The notes beneath the pieces were generated by a model. That model did not search any database. It worked only from the letters and a program-made list of their open reading frames with translations, and was not told the origin of the DNA. A DNA stretch of 64,000 nt from an uncultured Bacteroidales bacterium (lineage in GTDB: Bacteria; Bacteroidota; Bacteroidia; Bacteroidales; P3): positions 15,469 to 79,468 of the forward strand of contig ONCC01000012.1 in the NCBI GenBank assembly GCA_900316235.1, given 5' to 3'. Each line of letters opens with the position of its first letter. Position 1 is the stretch's first letter. Positions 37,869 to 46,276 of this stretch are shown in pieces. A program made the position numbers and the translations under genes.

Positions 37869-37899
37869 AAAAGAGGCATCCATATGGATGCCTCTTTTT
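37868..37899 (+). terminator. intrinsic terminator after the C25 peptidase gene
   Basis: AAAAGAGGCATCC-ATAT-GGATGCCTCTTTTT. Confidence 0.75.
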
Positions 37900-37959
37900 A
37901 TATTATATACAATTATCTTTCAGTAGAGACGCGGCCTGCCGCGTCTCCCTATCCATCGT

Positions 37960-38907
37960 TTACAGCAGTTTCTTCTTGAGGTTGAGGATCATGTCGTCCG
38001 TCATCTTCTCGAGGTCGTACTGCGGGTTCCAGCCCCACTCGTTGCGGGCGCAGCTGTCGTCCATCTTGTTGGGCCAGCTGTCGGCGATGGCCTGCTTGAT
38101 GGGTTCGGGCTCGTAGACCATCTCAAAGTTGGGGTAGCGCTTCTTGATGGCGTTGTAGATGATCTCCGGGTCGAAGCTCATGCTGGTGACGTTGAACGAG
38201 TTGCGGTGGACGAGCTTCGAGGGGTCGGCCTCCATGATGTCAATCATGGCCTTCTGGGCGTCGGGCATGTACATCATGTCCATGTAGGTGCCTTTCTTCA
38301 GGGGGCAGACAAACTTCTCGCCCTTGACGGCTGCGTAGTAGATCTCGACGGCGTAGTCGGTGGTGCCGCCGCCGGGGAGGGTCATGTGGCTGATGAGGCC
38401 GGGGAAGCGGACCGAGCGGGTGTCGACACCGAAGCGGGTGAAGTAGTAGTCACTCAGCAGCTCGCCGGTCACCTTGGTCACACCGTAGATGGTGTTGGGG
38501 CGCTGGATGGTGTCCTGCGGGGTGTTGTCGTGAGGAGTCGAGGGACCGAAGGCACCGATGCTCGAGGGAGTGAAGACGGCGCAGCCGAAGAGGCGGGCCA
38601 CCTCGAGGCAGTTGACCAGCGAACCGATGCCCACGTTCCAACCCAGCATGGGGTTCAGCTCGGCGGTGGCCGAAAGGATGGCCGCGAGGTTGTAGATGGT
38701 GTCGATGTTGTACTGCTTCACGGCGGTGGCAATCTGCATAATCTGGGTGCTGTCGATACGCTCCACGGGACCGCGCTCGTAGGGGTCGCCCTTCAAGGGA
38801 CGCAGGTCGCTGCAAACCACGTTGTTGTCACCATAAATGTCTCTCAAATTACGTGTGAGCTCGGAACCAATCTGTCCGCCCGCACCGACAATAAGAATCT
38901 TTTTCAT
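37960..38907 (-). CDS. NAD-dependent epimerase/dehydratase family protein, L-threonine 3-dehydrogenase-like (extended SDR)
   Basis: Start at MKKILIVGAGGQIGSEL (a -7 box at 38988 supports it). YGVTKVTGELL is a YxxxK motif. Overall resemblance to the short-chain TDH group, recalled from memory. Confidence 0.7.
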   Translation of the reverse strand: MKKILIVGAGGQIGSELTRNLRDIYGDNNVVCSDLRPLKGDPYERGPVERIDSTQIMQIATAVKQYNIDTIYNLAAILSATAELNPMLGWNVGIGSLVNCLEVARLFGCAVFTPSSIGAFGPSTPHDNTPQDTIQRPNTIYGVTKVTGELLSDYYFTRFGVDTRSVRFPGLISHMTLPGGGTTDYAVEIYYAAVKGEKFVCPLKKGTYMDMMYMPDAQKAMIDIMEADPSKLVHRNSFNVTSMSFDPEIIYNAIKKRYPNFEMVYEPEPIKQAIADSWPNKMDDSCARNEWGWNPQYDLEKMTDDMILNLKKKLL

Positions 38908-38987
38908 TGTTATCTGACTTTTTAATCTCTTTATAACAAACAATCTATCATGTCATTGCACTTCCGACAGGGGCGTAATGACGTGTA

Positions 38988-38995
38988 CAAAGATA
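38988..38995 (-). promoter_or_regulatory. -7 box (TATCTTTG, minus strand)
   Basis: Plus strand reads CAAAGATA, 81 nt upstream of ATG 38907. Confidence 0.45.
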
Positions 38996-39070
38996 CAAAA
39001 TAAAATCAAAAACACGAATATTTTTTTCCACCCTCCCCCACCTCTCTCGTCAGAGGAAACAGGAACCACC

Positions 39071-39190
39071 AAACTCCTACTTTGCACCTACCAAAACCCT
39101 ACCAACTCCTTACCAACTCCTACCACGGTAGGAGATAATAGGTCGTTCATTAAGTTAAAATACGACGTTTTAACATTTATTAGGAAAGTT
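39071..39190. repeat. CCTACC-decamer/palindrome intergenic repeat element, copy C
   Basis: Gapless 108/120 match to 27191-27310. Contains the perfect inverted repeat CTCCTACC-AC-GGTAGGAG. Confidence 0.85.
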
Positions 39191-39430
39191 TACCCTGCGT
39201 CTACCGCAGCCCTGACATCCCTGCCGGCGGAGGTGAAATTTCTGTTAAAATTGGGTTGAAATGTTAAACTTTCTTAAAATTTCAGGGCAGAAATGTATTT
39301 TCAGGGCACTTTTTGCTTTATATACGGTGATGAACAGCTCTGCAGGAAGCTCGAGCAGCTTGTCGGACGGCATTGCGCCTACGCGCTGGGGCCAAAAGTG
39401 TGTTAAAAAAAGTTAAAACGAGTGTATCTT

Positions 39431-39463
39431 GTAAGATTCGGGGTAAAAAAAGTCTATTATATT
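39431..39463 (+). promoter_or_regulatory. conserved bipartite motif GTAAGATT-N16-TATTATATT upstream of sigma paralog 2
   Basis: Identical boxes and spacing to 15269-15301; ATG is 21 nt downstream. Confidence 0.6.
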
Positions 39464-39484
39464 TATAGAGAACATCACTGACGG

Positions 39485-39964
39485 ATGACCGAGGAATCAA
39501 AATACACATCCCTTCTGCGCCGCCACCGGAAACTTGTCTGGAGGCTGTGCCTGAGATATGCGAGGTACGACAGTGACCGCTGTGTCGACATGGTGCAGGA
39601 GGTCAGTATCGCACTATGGGAACGCTTCGGTCGTCTGCGAGCCAATGCGAGCACGCTTGAAGAGAAAGCCTGGGTGTATTGGAACACACGCGATATCCTC
39701 GGCAGGATGCAGCATCAACGACGGTTTGACACGGTTCCAATCAACGAATGGATGGAAGACACCCTTGCCGATGAGCGCGACGGGGGCAATGACTGTCTAG
39801 AGGACTTGCTTTCCAGACTGACTGAAGAGGACAGGACATTGGTAAAACAATGGCTCGACGGCTATAAGGCTGAAGAGATAGGGGAAATGACGGGGATGAC
39901 TCGCAACAATGTATACCAAAGAATGTTTCGCATCATACAGAAATTAAAAAAAATAAATCCATGA
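39485..39964 (+). CDS. sigma-70 family (ECF-type) RNA polymerase sigma factor, paralog 2
   Basis: 159 aa with LVWRLCLRYA, MVQEVSIALWERF and EEKAWVYWNTRDILGRM. Region-4 HTH EEIGEMTGMTRNNVYQRMFRI. Confidence 0.8.
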   Translation: MTEESKYTSLLRRHRKLVWRLCLRYARYDSDRCVDMVQEVSIALWERFGRLRANASTLEEKAWVYWNTRDILGRMQHQRRFDTVPINEWMEDTLADERDGGNDCLEDLLSRLTEEDRTLVKQWLDGYKAEEIGEMTGMTRNNVYQRMFRIIQKLKKINP

Positions 39965-40230
39965 AAAACAAAAAAACAGAACTCATGGATCGCCTGCTGG
40001 GTTTCGACAGTAGGGAGTTCAAAAGACAGATGGTTGAGGGACTCGACGAGTGGATTGGCCGTCGCAAGGAGGCTTCTCTCACGCGGCGTCTCTGTGTGCC
40101 AGTGCTATGCGCCACACTGCTGATGGTGACGGTGACTTATCTTGCGACGCCCGTTCTCAACTATCGCCTCGGCGACGGCATGTCCTACGAGACGGTGACG
40201 GAAAAGACTGACAATCTGATTTCATTATGA
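39961..40230 (+). CDS. small single-TM protein (anti-sigma-like topology), hypothetical
   Basis: 89 aa. Basic segment GRRKEASLTRR, TM helix LCVPVLCATLLMVTVTYLA, short tail. ATGA overlaps on both sides. Confidence 0.5.
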   Translation: MKNKKTELMDRLLGFDSREFKRQMVEGLDEWIGRRKEASLTRRLCVPVLCATLLMVTVTYLATPVLNYRLGDGMSYETVTEKTDNLISL

Positions 40231-40700
40231 AGAAAAGGCACTACATAGCCCTGTCTATCGTCCTTGCTGGTCTTGCAGTCTGTTTGTGGATAGCTCTCCA
40301 TCCACGGCAGTTGCCCTATGACCAGTGTAGCGAGGTGTTCCTTCGCTATAGGGATGCTGATGGTGTCAGGGTAGCCTTTCTTAAAGATTTTCCGGTTGAC
40401 GACTCGGTGAGGACGGATGTCACTCTGCTTAAGGCGCAGGACTCGGTCACATGGGCCGGGCTGATTGTGGCACTCTGCCACAACGGGAACATCAACGACT
40501 TCCTTCCGGGGAAAGTGTTCTTCAAACCTGTTCCAAAAGATGATTCCCGCTCGACGAATCAAGAGGAGTCCATAAACGAATATATCATTGTCGCTTACCG
40601 TCCAGACCTTACCGTCGGCGTGTTCCATGTGGAGACTCTCGCACAGCAAAAGTCAATCATTGACAAATACATTAATTCATTAATAACAAAAAACATATAA
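40227..40700 (+). CDS. N-terminally anchored protein of unassigned family (paralog of 16101..16601)
   Basis: 157 aa. See the shared blocks listed for 16101..16601. Confidence 0.55.
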   Translation: MKKRHYIALSIVLAGLAVCLWIALHPRQLPYDQCSEVFLRYRDADGVRVAFLKDFPVDDSVRTDVTLLKAQDSVTWAGLIVALCHNGNINDFLPGKVFFKPVPKDDSRSTNQEESINEYIIVAYRPDLTVGVFHVETLAQQKSIIDKYINSLITKNI

Positions 40701-40702
40701 TT

Positions 40703-41683
40703 ATGAAAAAGTTTCTTTTGTTGCTGGCTTTGCTGCCGGCGCTGACGGGATGGTCGCAAGACACCGTTTCGAATCCCTACGGTCGGGGATATTTCACCAA
40801 CAACATTCCCGATACGACCTCGTCCGCCTACTCCGTCGGTTGGGTTCCAACTTGCGGTGCCTCATGCGGGGTTGTGGCCAAGGAGATGTCGACCTCGCAG
40901 ACATTGAGGATATACGGCATTGCGGCCTGCATGATGTCCGATAGGGATGCGCTATATCTTCCGGAATCCCTCAGCGAAGAAGAACGACAGGAGTGGCTTG
41001 ATAATTTTTATTCAAATTTTATCGACACCTCGGCAGATGAACTGTACGAATATCTGGGTATATACCTGAGTGACGGCGACACCGCACTGGTGCCCCAGCG
41101 AGAGGTAATGATACAATGGGGGGTCGACACTCCGGCCTACTATGTCGCAACGGGGCTGTATATGTGGGGAGGGCCTAATACCACGTACCCCATGTATGAG
41201 AAGTTTTTCGACTCCGGCTACGTGGCCGTCTCGGATTATTTCTATGTGGGAGTGACGCAGCGTTCCTGCGTTGGAACCTTTGGAACGCAAGCCCACATGG
41301 GATTGAGTTTGATGCGAATGAGTGGCAGAGCGTGCGAAAAAAGCCCGGAGTACCACGTCAAAAAGATGTGCTGGCCTGAAGATGGCTATGTGTACTGGAA
41401 CTGGGACCCGCGGGTGTCAATGATTACCTACGACCACTACCTGATTTTCCCGATCCTGGCTCCCGACGACTATCCTTGGGACACCTCGGGGGTGGGCGGC
41501 GACACACTGGCGGTGACGCAGGCCGACATGGTGGCACGTTATACCTCGGTGCAGCCTAATCCCGCCACGGAACAGGCCCGTGTGCTGTCGAGTTTCGGGC
41601 TGTCCCACATCGAGGCTTACAACGCCGGCGGGCAGAAGGTCTACCCCGCGGTACCTACCTCCTCCGCATCACCACCCCCTTAG
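40703..41683 (+). CDS. secreted protein whose T9SS C-terminal sorting domain is interrupted; the last CTD strands are encoded in another frame up to 41715 (possible pseudogene or sequencing error)
   Basis: Signal peptide ends GWS-Q. The CTD begins VQPNPATEQARVLSSFGLSHIEAYNAGGQKVY, then reads PAVPTSSASPPP*. Frame 1 from 41650 reads GTYLLRITTPLGTVTKKLLVQ*. Confidence 0.6.
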   Translation: MKKFLLLLALLPALTGWSQDTVSNPYGRGYFTNNIPDTTSSAYSVGWVPTCGASCGVVAKEMSTSQTLRIYGIAACMMSDRDALYLPESLSEEERQEWLDNFYSNFIDTSADELYEYLGIYLSDGDTALVPQREVMIQWGVDTPAYYVATGLYMWGGPNTTYPMYEKFFDSGYVAVSDYFYVGVTQRSCVGTFGTQAHMGLSLMRMSGRACEKSPEYHVKKMCWPEDGYVYWNWDPRVSMITYDHYLIFPILAPDDYPWDTSGVGGDTLAVTQADMVARYTSVQPNPATEQARVLSSFGLSHIEAYNAGGQKVYPAVPTSSASPPP

Positions 41684-41734
41684 GCACGGTGACAAAGAAA
41701 CTGCTGGTGCAGTGAAGCTTTAGAGGTATAAAAC

Positions 41735-41773
41735 AAAAGGAGCGCCACCCGTGATGGGTGGCGCTCCTTTTGT
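41735..41773 (+). terminator. intrinsic terminator after sigma cassette 2
   Basis: AGGAGCGCCACCC-GTGA-TGGGTGGCGCTCCT followed by TTTGTT. Confidence 0.75.
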
Positions 41774-41850
41774 TGGTGACCCTGCTGCGATTCGAACGCA
41801 GGACCTACTGCTTAGAAGGCAGTTGCTCTATCCAGCTGAGCTACGGGGCC
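41774..41850 (-). tRNA. tRNA-Arg (anticodon TCT), CCA encoded
   Basis: Reverse complement GGCCCCGTAGCTCAGCTGGATAGAGCAACTGCCTTCTAAGCAGTAGGTCCTGCGTTCGAATCGCAGCAGGGTCACCA forms a cloverleaf with loop CTTCTAA. One C-A mismatch at acceptor pair 6-67. Confidence 0.85.
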
Positions 41851-41881
41851 ATCTGTTAACTCTCTATCGCTAACTTATCTG

Positions 41882-41956
41882 TCGGGGCACCCAGATTCGA
41901 ACTGGGGGTCTCCTGCTCCCAAAGCAGGCGCGATAACCGGGCTTCGCTATGCCCCG
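41882..41956 (-). tRNA. tRNA-Pro (anticodon TGG)
   Basis: Reverse complement CGGGGCATAGCGAAGCCCGGTTATCGCGCCTGCTTTGGGAGCAGGAGACCCCCAGTTCGAATCTGGGTGCCCCGA with loop TTTGGGA. Confidence 0.9.
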
Positions 41957-41997
41957 TGGTTTCGCTATTAAAAAAGACGCCTTGCGGGGCGTCTTTC

Positions 41998-42088
41998 TGG
42001 CGGAGAAGGGGGGATTCGAACCCCCGGTACCCTAATCGAGTACGACAGTTTAGCAAACTGTTGGTTTCAGCCACTCACCCACCTCTCC
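41998..42088 (-). tRNA. tRNA-Ser (anticodon GCT), long variable arm, CCA encoded
   Basis: Reverse complement GGAGAGGTGGGTGAGTGGCTGAAACCAACAGTTTGCTAAACTGT...CGGGGGTTCGAATCCCCCCTTCTCCGCCA with loop TTGCTAA. Confidence 0.9.
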
Positions 42089-42110
42089 GTGTGTTTTGCT
42101 TGACTAAAAA

Positions 42111-42140
42111 GCACCGCTTTTCTCTCTCGAAAAGCGGTGC
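42111..42140 (-). terminator. intrinsic terminator of gpmA
   Basis: GCACCGCTTTT-CTCTCTCG-AAAAGCGGTGC. On the minus strand it is followed by TTTTTAG. Confidence 0.7.
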
Positions 42141-42147
42141 AAAATTA
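42140..42147 (-). promoter_or_regulatory. -7 box (TAATTTTG, minus strand) for the tRNA Ser-Pro-Arg cluster
   Basis: Plus strand reads CAAAATTA, about 52 nt upstream of the tRNA-Ser 5' end. Confidence 0.4.
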
Positions 42148-42218
42148 CGAACATTTTCCGAACTGACCAAATTTTTTTTCATTTTCGTTGTTTTCGGCCA
42201 GCGGCTGACAGTCGTTCT

Positions 42219-42965
42219 TTACTTCCTTTTTGCCTGATTAGCAACGCTTTGCATCTTTGCAGCGATGACTTCCGGGTCGCCGAGGAATTTGTCTTCGACG
42301 AGGCGCATCTGGTCGTCAAAAGTGAAGATGTAGGGTACTGCCGTGGGCAAATTGAACTTGATTATCTCCTCGTTCGACATGCCCTTGAGCTCTTTGACAA
42401 TGCCACGGAGGGAGTTGCCATGGGCCACAACCATGAGGGTGTTGCGGTTTTCGAAAGCGGGGAGGATGGTGCCGCGGTAGTAGGGCATGAGGCGCTCAAT
42501 GGTGTCCTTGAGGCTCTCGGTGAGGGGGATGAGGTTGTCGGGAATCTCATTGTAGCGCGGGTCCATGCGGGGACTGCGCTCGTCGTGGAGATCGAGTGCG
42601 GGCGGCTGGACGTCGAAAGAGCGACGCCAGAGGAGCACTTGCTCGTCGCCGTACTTGGCGGCGGTGTCGGCCTTGTTGAGTCCCTGGATGGCGCCATAGC
42701 TCTTCTCGTTGAGGCGCCAGCTCTTCTGTACAGGCAGCCAGTCCATGTCCATGGCGTCGAGGATCTCATTGAGGGTTTTGACGGCACGTTTCAGGTAGCT
42801 GGTAAAGCAGAGTTCGGGTCGGTAGCCCTCGGTTTTGAGGAGCTTGCCGGCTTCGTAGGCCTCCTTGATGCCGGCCTCGGTGAGGTCGACATCTGTCCAG
42901 CCGGTGAAGAGGTTCAATTTGTTCCAGGCACTTTCGCCATGACGTACTAATATAAGCGTTTTCAT
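42219..42965 (-). CDS. gpmA: 2,3-bisphosphoglycerate-dependent phosphoglycerate mutase
   Basis: LILVRHGESAWNKLNLFTGWTDVDLTE (RHGE motif) and VVAHGNSLRG. Confidence 0.93.
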   Translation of the reverse strand: MKTLILVRHGESAWNKLNLFTGWTDVDLTEAGIKEAYEAGKLLKTEGYRPELCFTSYLKRAVKTLNEILDAMDMDWLPVQKSWRLNEKSYGAIQGLNKADTAAKYGDEQVLLWRRSFDVQPPALDLHDERSPRMDPRYNEIPDNLIPLTESLKDTIERLMPYYRGTILPAFENRNTLMVVAHGNSLRGIVKELKGMSNEEIIKFNLPTAVPYIFTFDDQMRLVEDKFLGDPEVIAAKMQSVANQAKRK

Positions 42966-43837
42966 TTCTTTTTCTCTTTTTCTTTAAATGTAACTTTTTC
43001 TCCCTTGGGGAAGGGTCCCTGCGGGAATTTTTCCTTGTGCGAGAGCCATGCGATGACCAAGCCTGCGGCGATGAAGGGCAGGCTGAGGAGCTGGCCCATG
43101 TTGAGCGCCATGCCGGCCTCGAAGTCCACCTGGTCGTTCTTGACGAACTCGATAAGGAACCTCACGCCGAACAACGCCACCAGCCACCAGCCGAAGATGC
43201 TGCCGCTGCGGACATTGCCATTCTTGCGGAGATAGTACCAGAGGCATACACCGAAAATGGCGAAGTAGCAGAGGCTTTCATAGAGCTGGGTGGGGTGCTT
43301 GGCGACGGTCTCGCCGTTACGCTCGAAGATAAAACCCCAGGGCAGCGTGGTGGCATGGCCGTAGATTTCACTATTGAAGAGGTTACCCAGACGGATGAAG
43401 GCGCCGCCGAGGGCTATAACGATGACCATGCGATCGAGTATCCACCAGATATTCATGCCATAGCGACGCCAATAGAGCCACATGGCCGTGAGGATACCCA
43501 CGGCGGCACCGTGGCTTGCAAGACCTTGAAAGCCAGTGAACTCACCATTATGGAACGGCCACACTATCTCGGTCCAGTGGGCCGAAGTGAGAAAATAGTC
43601 GGGTTCGTAGAAGAGGCAGTGACCCAAGCGGGCTCCCACGAGGGTGGCGAGGAACATGTAGACCACTAAGCTATCAAGATAATCGGCTCTGACGCCCTCG
43701 CGCTTGAACATCCGCGAGACAATCCAATAGCCCAGGACGAAGGCTACAAGGAAGCCCATCGAATACCAGCGCAAGCCAAAAGACCCGATGCTGAACATCA
43801 CCGGGTCTATATTCCAATGGATGGCTGAGAGTATCAT
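42962..43837 (-). CDS. lgt: prolipoprotein diacylglyceryl transferase
   Basis: 291 aa polytopic protein with [26 protein letters not shown] and HPTQLYES, which are Lgt blocks. Confidence 0.9.
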   Translation of the reverse strand: MILSAIHWNIDPVMFSIGSFGLRWYSMGFLVAFVLGYWIVSRMFKREGVRADYLDSLVVYMFLATLVGARLGHCLFYEPDYFLTSAHWTEIVWPFHNGEFTGFQGLASHGAAVGILTAMWLYWRRYGMNIWWILDRMVIVIALGGAFIRLGNLFNSEIYGHATTLPWGFIFERNGETVAKHPTQLYESLCYFAIFGVCLWYYLRKNGNVRSGSIFGWWLVALFGVRFLIEFVKNDQVDFEAGMALNMGQLLSLPFIAAGLVIAWLSHKEKFPQGPFPKGEKVTFKEKEKKK

Positions 43838-45375
43838 TTCGCGTAGTTGATGGCGCGGGTCTCACGGATGACGGTGACCTTGATTTGGCCGGGATAGGTC
43901 ATCTCGTTCTGGATTTGCTTGGAGAGGTCAAAGCTGAGCTTGTTGGCCTCGACATCGGTCACCTTGTCGGCACCCACGATGACGCGCAACTCGCGACCAG
44001 CCTGGATGGCATAGGTCTTCACCACTCCCGGATAGGTCATGGCCATATCCTCGAGTTTCTTGAGGCGGTTGATGTAGGCCTCGACGACCTCGCGACGGGC
44101 ACCGGGACGGGCACCGCTGATGGCATCGGCTACCTGGATGATGGGCGAGATAAGGTTGTTCATCTCCATCTCGTCGTGGTGGGATCCGATGGCATTGCAG
44201 ATATCGGGGTGCTCCTTGTATTTCTCGGCGAGCTTCATGCCAAAGATGGCGTGCGGCAGCTCGGGATCGGTCTCGGGCACCTTACCGATATCGTGAAGCA
44301 AGCCGGCGCGCTTGGCGAGTTTGGGATTGAGACCCAACTCGGAGGCCATGGTGGCAGCCAGATTGGCCACCTCGCGGCTGTGCTGCAAGAGGTTCTGTCC
44401 GTAGGACGAGCGGTATTTCATGCGGCCCACCATGCGCATCAGCTCATGGTTCATGTTGAGGATGCCAAGGTCGATACAAGTGCGCTTACCCACCTCGTTG
44501 ATTTCCTGCTCAATCTGGCGACGGGTCTTGGCGACGACCTCCTCGATGCGGGCGGGATGGATGCGGCCGTCGGTGACCAGTTTGTGGAGCGACAGGCGGG
44601 CAATCTCGCGGCGCACGGGGTCGAAACCGCTGATAATGATAGCGTCGGGAGAGTCGTCGATAATGATTTCCACGCCGGTGAGGCTTTCAAGGGTGCGGAT
44701 ATTACGGCCTTCTCGTCCGATGATGCGGCCCTTGACCTCCTCATTTTCCAGGTTGAAGACGCTGACGGTATTTTCGACGGCGGTCTCCGTGGCGGTACGC
44801 TGGATGCTCTGGATGACAATCTTCTTGGCCTGCTCGGCGGCGGTAATTTTGGCCTCCTCGACGATGTCCATGATGGTGGTGCTGGCTTCGGCGCGGGCCT
44901 CCTCGGTCATCGCGTCGACCAACTGCTGCTTGGCCTCGTCAGCACTCATGCCGGCGATGTGCTCGAGCTTGGTGACACTTTCCTTATAGACTTTCTCCAC
45001 CTCGGCCTGGCGTTTCTTGAGGGCATCAATCTGATTGTTGAGGTTCTCGCTCACACCTTTCAGCTCATTGCTCTTCTTCTGCAACTCGTCGACCTTCTGG
45101 CTGAGGTTTTGCTCACGCTGTTTCAGTTTGTTCTCAGCCTCGCGGATTTTGTTGTTCTGTTCGTTGACGCGTTTCTCATGCTCACCCTTCATCTGAAGGT
45201 ACTGTTCCTTGGCTTGGAGAATTTTGTCCTTTTTGATGATTTCGCCTTTTTCCTCAGCATCTTTCAGCACCTGCTGGCTCTTGGCAAGCAGCTTGTTGCG
45301 CAAAATGGTAGTGGTCAGCCAAACGCCCACAGCGCTTCCGACCACAATTCCGATTATAACAAATACTACGGTCAT
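43834..45375 (-). CDS. rny: ribonuclease Y
   Basis: 513 aa: N-terminal TM helix, long coiled coil, KH domain ([15 protein letters not shown]) and HD domain (HSREVANLA...LLHDIGK). Confidence 0.93.
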   Translation of the reverse strand: MTVVFVIIGIVVGSAVGVWLTTTILRNKLLAKSQQVLKDAEEKGEIIKKDKILQAKEQYLQMKGEHEKRVNEQNNKIREAENKLKQREQNLSQKVDELQKKSNELKGVSENLNNQIDALKKRQAEVEKVYKESVTKLEHIAGMSADEAKQQLVDAMTEEARAEASTTIMDIVEEAKITAAEQAKKIVIQSIQRTATETAVENTVSVFNLENEEVKGRIIGREGRNIRTLESLTGVEIIIDDSPDAIIISGFDPVRREIARLSLHKLVTDGRIHPARIEEVVAKTRRQIEQEINEVGKRTCIDLGILNMNHELMRMVGRMKYRSSYGQNLLQHSREVANLAATMASELGLNPKLAKRAGLLHDIGKVPETDPELPHAIFGMKLAEKYKEHPDICNAIGSHHDEMEMNNLISPIIQVADAISGARPGARREVVEAYINRLKKLEDMAMTYPGVVKTYAIQAGRELRVIVGADKVTDVEANKLSFDLSKQIQNEMTYPGQIKVTVIRETRAINYAK

Positions 45376-45572
45376 AATGTGTTGTTTGTTTTTGTGGGAA
45401 CGGCAACTGTCTTGTGTGGTGAGAGGTCAGTCAAAGAAATCCTGCATCACAAGTTCATTTTTCCCGCCAAGAGTTATGGTAAACTCTGAAACTATAGGAT
45501 TTGAGCGCCGGGCGTATCAGCCATACAACCTACCCGCCCCTGAGCCGACTCGGTTTGTAAATGGTGTTGAGT

Positions 45573-45890
45573 TTACAAACTGTTTTGGGTATGTACCGTC
45601 GGATGCAGGATTTGTTCCAAAACGCTGTCGATGGACTGAAGCCTCTGTGCGAGGTCGATATCCTTGAACCGCAGCGAGTTTTGTATCTTGGTCAATTGTG
45701 TGATTTGCGTCAATGCCACCATTGCCAATAAGTCCTGATGGTCGTTGTAGGCATACTGTTTACCATAGCTCTTAGCCTGCGAGTCAATAATCTCAGCAGC
45801 TTTACGCAAGGCCTCCTCGTCCTCGGAGGCTACTCGGAGCTTGTAGGTGCGACCCAATATGTTAACCGATGCCGATACTGTTTCCATCAC
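45573..45890 (-). CDS. zapA: cell division protein ZapA
   Basis: 105 aa. The pattern VNILGRTYKLRV...EEALRKAAEIIDSQ...LLAMVALT is typical of ZapA. Confidence 0.75.
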   Translation of the reverse strand: MMETVSASVNILGRTYKLRVASEDEEALRKAAEIIDSQAKSYGKQYAYNDHQDLLAMVALTQITQLTKIQNSLRFKDIDLAQRLQSIDSVLEQILHPTVHTQNSL

Positions 45891-46176
45891 CTTTCTTCAA
45901 TATATCAAGACTTTTGTCAATGGCGCGAATCATCTGATTGATTTTCAGTTTTATCTCAGCACTCTCGCCTTTCTCTGACAATTTGTTCCCTAATTTTAAT
46001 AATTTGTTCTCTTCTTTTAAGTTGTTTACTGTTTTTTCACTATTTTTCAATGCTTCTTCCAGTTCATGGCAATGGCCATCTTTCTCTGACACCAGCCGTC
46101 GCAGACGCGCCACTTCATCTGCCAACTGTCTCACTTTGAATTCAATCCCAGTTACCGATGTCTCAAAATCAAACAT
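45862..46176 (-). CDS. hypothetical coiled-coil protein upstream of zapA
   Basis: 104 aa with heptad-rich sequence. Overlaps the zapA start by 29 nt. Confidence 0.5.
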   Translation of the reverse strand: MFDFETSVTGIEFKVRQLADEVARLRRLVSEKDGHCHELEEALKNSEKTVNNLKEENKLLKLGNKLSEKGESAEIKLKINQMIRAIDKSLDILKKGDGNSIGIG

Positions 46177-46211
46177 GACTTTTGTTGCCTATAATACTAT
46201 AAAAAGCGGTG

Positions 46212-46219
46212 CAAAAGTA
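46212..46219 (-). promoter_or_regulatory. -7 box (TACTTTTG, minus strand) for the coiled-coil/zapA(/rny) unit
   Basis: Plus strand reads CAAAAGTA, 36 nt upstream of ATG 46176. Confidence 0.5.
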
Positions 46220-46276
46220 GTAATTTTTTCTAAATCCTACAAAATTTTTTTCTTTGGCCACGAGACTTGGGCGTTT

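Noticed and set aside
38978-39259. 93 aa track ORF spanning repeat copy C, which raised the possibility that the repeat encodes a peptide.
   Set aside because: The same frame is open in copy B but has no start codon there (TAG at 27107, no ATG before the repeat). Only 3 of the 10 codons that differ are synonymous. The predicted product is low-complexity (LPTPTT).
39245-39373. 42-codon minus-strand ORF (MPSDKLLELPAELFITVYKAKSALKIHFCPEILRKFNISTQF) in the spacer upstream of sigma paralog 2.
   Set aside because: No promoter box, no recognisable motif and no second copy. It cannot be supported from sequence alone and may be a fossil fragment.
41774-42088. tRNA cluster as an integration site, with sigma cassette 2 as an integrated island.
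   Set aside because: No integrase gene and no direct repeat of a tRNA 3' end could be found in 38900-41770. It is kept only as context in the findings.
41856-42237. Track ORFs 41856..42074 and 41956..42237 in the tRNA Arg-Pro-Ser cluster.
   Set aside because: They are fully explained by three canonical tRNA cloverleafs and a terminator.
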